From Octopus sinensis (taxonomy: Eukaryota): 52,257 bases of DNA. Shown here one piece after another: positions 48,981-52,257 of this stretch. Below the pieces are notes generated by a model. It saw only the letters and a list, made by a program, of their open reading frames with translations, had not been told where the DNA came from and did no database searches. Where the stretch lies: the NCBI RefSeq assembly GCF_006345805.1, contig NW_021833961.1, forward strand, positions 1 through 52,257. The letters run 5' to 3'. A program made the position numbers and the translations under genes. The stretch's first letter is position 1, and the number at the start of each line of letters is the position of its first letter.

Positions 48981-49659
48981 AGTCTTCGCTATCAATTCTT
49001 TCATCTTTCTTTTCAGTGCATTTCATATCTCAGATTTGCAGCAATACGTTCAGTTCCACCCAATAACCCCAAACCACAGCCACAAAGACTCGTCTCACTC
49101 CTATGCTTATGTTCTGAATACAGAAACAACCTCGCTAACAAAAATCACCGTTTGACACTGTCCCTGAGCATGCGTACACCCACCGATGCACTCGCTCTGC
49201 TCCGACTTTAATTAAGATTTTGCCTTTCCTGTCTTTTCTATCAGACTTTCGGTTTGGATTTTCGTTTCTGTTTTTGTGGTTTCTTTTACATTTTTTCGTA
49301 TCATTTCTTCGATTAGTAGTAGTAGTAATAGTAGTAGTAGTAGTAGTAGCTGTTGTTATTGTTGTTGTTGTTCCAGGCAGCGAATTATCAGAGACATTAG
49401 AGCGTCGGACGGAATGCTTCGCAGTATGGTGTTCCCGCTCTATGCACTCAAGAGTTCAAATCTGGCCGAGGTCAGCTTTACCTTCATCCTTCTGGGCCAA
49501 TAAAAACAACGCTGCGGTCGTTTTCTCTCTCTTTCTCCCTCTCTCTCTCTCTGTCTCTCTCTCTCTCTCTCCCTCTCCACACTTACACAAACACACAATG
49601 ATGATTTTACATGTATGTATTTATATATTAGACGTATAATATAGTATTTATATGTAGCG

Positions 49660-49705
49660 GTTGCCTTCCAAGCAGTCGATCCGGGTTCGACTCCCGGCCG
49701 ATGCA
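49660..49705 (+). pseudogene. tRNA-Gly(TCC) 3'-part pseudogene
   Basis: Anticodon arm GTTGC-CTTCCAA-GCAGT, T arm CCGGG-TTCGACT-CCCGG, 3' acceptor CCGATGC-A; D arm and 5' acceptor strand missing. Confidence 0.8.
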
Positions 49706-49718
49706 GGTCTTCCTTTTA

Positions 49719-49805
49719 ATAGGCGCAGGCGTGGCTGTATGGTAAGAAGCTTACTTCCCAACCACATGGTTCCGGATTCAGTCTCGTTGCCTGGCACGTT
49801 AGCCT
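49719..49805 (+). mobile_element. SINE family B head fragment
   Basis: ATAGGCGCAGGCGTGGCTGTATGGTAAG... Confidence 0.8.
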
Positions 49806-50057
49806 CATTGCATCATATGAAGAGTAGAATTCTCATGGTCAACTTCCGTTGTCCTAGTTATGGAGAAGGATTGAACAAAGTTGTAGTAACTCTTCTCATA
49901 GAAGATTTGATATCCAACAGAGAATGGCCCTGGACGAGTTGATGTCGAGGAGAGCAGAAAACGGTAATAAAGAACTGTAATCGGGGGTTCTATGCGTCAG
50001 TGGCGGGGATAAATAGATCACATCGACCCTCACAGCTCAACTGGTATTTATTTTAAA

Positions 50058-50293
50058 GGCGGCGAGCTGACAGAAACGTTAGCACGCCGGGCGAAATGCG
50101 TAGCCGTATTTCGTCTGCGTTACATTGTGAGTTCAAATTCCGCCGAGGTCCACTTTGCCTTTCATCCTTTCGGGGTCGATAAATTAAGTACCAGTTACGC
50201 ACTGGGATCGACGTAATCGACTTAATACCTATGTCTGTCCTTGTTTGTCCCCTCTGTGTTTAGCCCCTTGTGAGTAATAAAGAAATAGGTATT
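50058..50293 (+). mobile_element. SINE family A, full-length, flanked by minus-strand A fragments
   Basis: Nearly identical to 7997-8227; ends AAGAAATAGGTATT. Confidence 0.9.
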
Positions 50294-51068
50294 TATTTTA
50301 TCGACTCCGATTTGATGAAAGGCAAGGTTGACCTCAGGAATTTGTGTTCAGAATGTAAACACGGACGAAAATCTGCTAAGCATTTTGTCCGACATGCTAA
50401 AGATTCTACAGGCTTGTCACCCTTCCAAAGAAAAGCTATCAGAAATATTCAAAATATCATTTCAATGGTTTCCATATGCTTTTCGAATATAGTGTACCTG
50501 GGACTACAGTGTTTCAATGTGTTCTTTTTAAAATGGTAAGATTTGATTTTAAGATTATTTCGCTATTGTTTCAAGCTGGGACTTCTTAAATACTGTTCCA
50601 GGTGTTCATAATGGTGTCGGTGGTAAGCAGGCTGGGTGGGTGCAGTGATCGTGTATCAGCGGCGGGAGTGACTGGGTATCGATTGTAGTAGCAGCAGCAG
50701 CAGTAGTTGCAGTAGTAGTAGGAGGAGGAGGAGTGATGGTGAGTGTATTAGTAGTTTTAGATAGTAAATTATAGTGATTTGGTTTGTTTTTTTTAATTTC
50801 TAGAATGCAGATATCGCTGCTATTTAGTTACCAGTTTTGGTTATGAAATCTCGTAATAAAATTTACCTAAATATGGTTGATGTTGCAGAATGGTCAGATT
50901 TTGTGGAGACTATTATTATTGAGCAGGATAATGTAAAGCTCAAACAAGGTGCGAACGAATTTGTTATTTACCAAACACACTGAACTTTCCATGGCTCTGT
51001 CATGAGAGATCTTGGACATCATGTTGGTGAGTAATGATGTAATCTATCAAACGCCATTCTTTTCCTCC

Positions 51069-51124
51069 GAGACACATCGATTGATTTCATATCTAGCGTG
51101 AAATAAACATCTCTTCAGTTTCTC
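51069..51124 (-). ncRNA. Degenerate hammerhead motif downstream of a Penelope ORF stop
   Basis: GAGAAA-CUGAAGA-G-AUGUUUA(8 nt)UAGAUAU-GAA-AUCAAUCGAU-G-UGUCUC. Confidence 0.55.
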
Positions 51125-51253
51125 TAAACGTTAACCATTCTCTGCAAAGAATGTTTTTTTTTTAAAACAAAACACAAGAACGCCGGTGATAGTTCAAGAA
51201 ATATTCCTCTTAAAACACTATAGCCGGGCGAGTTGTCTTCATTCATTTGATAG

Positions 51254-51466
51254 CTAGGTTTTCCACTTTTGAAATAAACATTTCCGAAAATATGGACAAC
51301 TCGCCACAGCTTCTGTCCTGCAGTTAAAGTGGCCTCCTGGCTCATGTGAGTGGTTGAGGATAATATATCTTTCTGCCATACACAATTTACAGTCTTGTTC
51401 CACTGCGATAGGGTCCACAAGTTTCCAGCAATTTCCACCAGATGTTAAAGGGCGTATGATAGTCCT
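51254..51466 (-). pseudogene. Penelope-like ORF C-terminus (post-GIY-YIG Cys/His region)
   Basis: LKDYHTPFNIWWKLLETCGPYRSGTR / DCKLCMAERYIILNH...FNCRTEAVASCPYFRKCLFQKWKT*, matching the WxI..Y..CxLCxxEK..LNxRxE..CxH pattern. Confidence 0.75.
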
Positions 51467-51498
51467 TTAGGGGCCATATATATGTATATATATGTATA

Positions 51499-51535
<37 letters not shown>

Positions 51536-51600
51536 ATTTTTTTTCAGAATGAGATAGAAAAGAACCAAGGCTGTGAAGATATTAGAACATTTATAAATAG

Positions 51601-51648
51601 GTCTTACAGCTATTTCCAGGATATTTATTATATCCCTTCATCGGAGAC
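51601..51648 (-). ncRNA. Minimal type I hammerhead motif (U4C variant)
   Basis: GUCU-CCGAUGA-A-GGGAUA(7 nt)UAUCCU-G-GAA-AUAGCUGU-A-AGAC. Confidence 0.65.
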
Positions 51649-52257
51649 GGTGTGGGAAAATGGTTAAGCAATAGTTAATTTAGATAAGATGCGAAATAGA
51701 GAGTGAAGTGTATATAGAGAGACGATCGAGGTGATGTACATTGAACGTTGGTAAACTTAATAGCCATCACCCACTTGGAAACTACTTACCGCGGGTGCTT
51801 TTGGCTACAAGATTCCAAGCTAAATTTCCGTATGAGACTAACCTCTTGTCTTCCTTCCGCCATTGTCAAAAGCCTTGAAAAAGTGTCACAAATTTGCCGT
51901 TCATCCTTTGACTAAAACATTAAAAAAATTGTGGTTGTGACAGTAATAAAACACGATACTAATGGGAAAAACTTTTTTTCCTCTTCAGAGGACCAGTTGA
52001 GCACAGACTATCGCACGAGAATATATGAACTCACTCCTGGGAGATTACAAAACACACGTCTATCTATCAGTAAACGAATGCTATTTACATTGATGATTTG
52101 TTCTGTTCCCGACGTATATATTTCGAACTAGATGGGCGGACATGTTGACTGTTAAGTCTCCTTTACAAAATACTTCCAACCTTATTAATATCGATGTCAC
52201 AAAACCACGAACTAGCCTCAAACAGTTAGCTTCGATTACTCGAAGCATCTTCGAAGT

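Noticed and set aside
48325-49155. 276-aa ORF with a poly-proline run
   Set aside because: Built from (CAT)n and (CCA)n repeats with no domain, and open in the antisense frame too

Overview
AT-rich, repeat-saturated animal genomic DNA, most likely intergenic or intronic. The SINE and MITE families match what I recall from Octopus, but that is inference and was not searched. No host protein-coding gene can be confidently supported, and nearly all long ORFs in the track are microsatellite translations. The window holds a decayed CR1-like LINE (241-3670), many copies of at least five tRNA-headed SINE families, and fragments of RTE and RLE-type (R4/NeSL-like) LINEs. It also holds Penelope-like element (PLE) fragments and several DNA-transposon derivatives. 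Two observations stand out. (1) At least seven minimal type I hammerhead-ribozyme motifs from six unrelated sequence families share one architecture: covarying stem I, CUGANGA-like core, GAA, and a palindromic stem III. One lies just downstream of a Penelope ORF stop, and one forms the tail of a tRNA-headed SINE inserted with an inverted 3' end and a 13-bp TSD. (2) A gag/ORF1-like element with no RT sits head-to-tail (C-terminal half, polyA signal, exact +28 DPE promoter, hairpin-repeat 5' UTR, N-terminal half) at 25663-27880 on the minus strand. All coordinates were read by eye, and the ends of decayed repeats are approximate.
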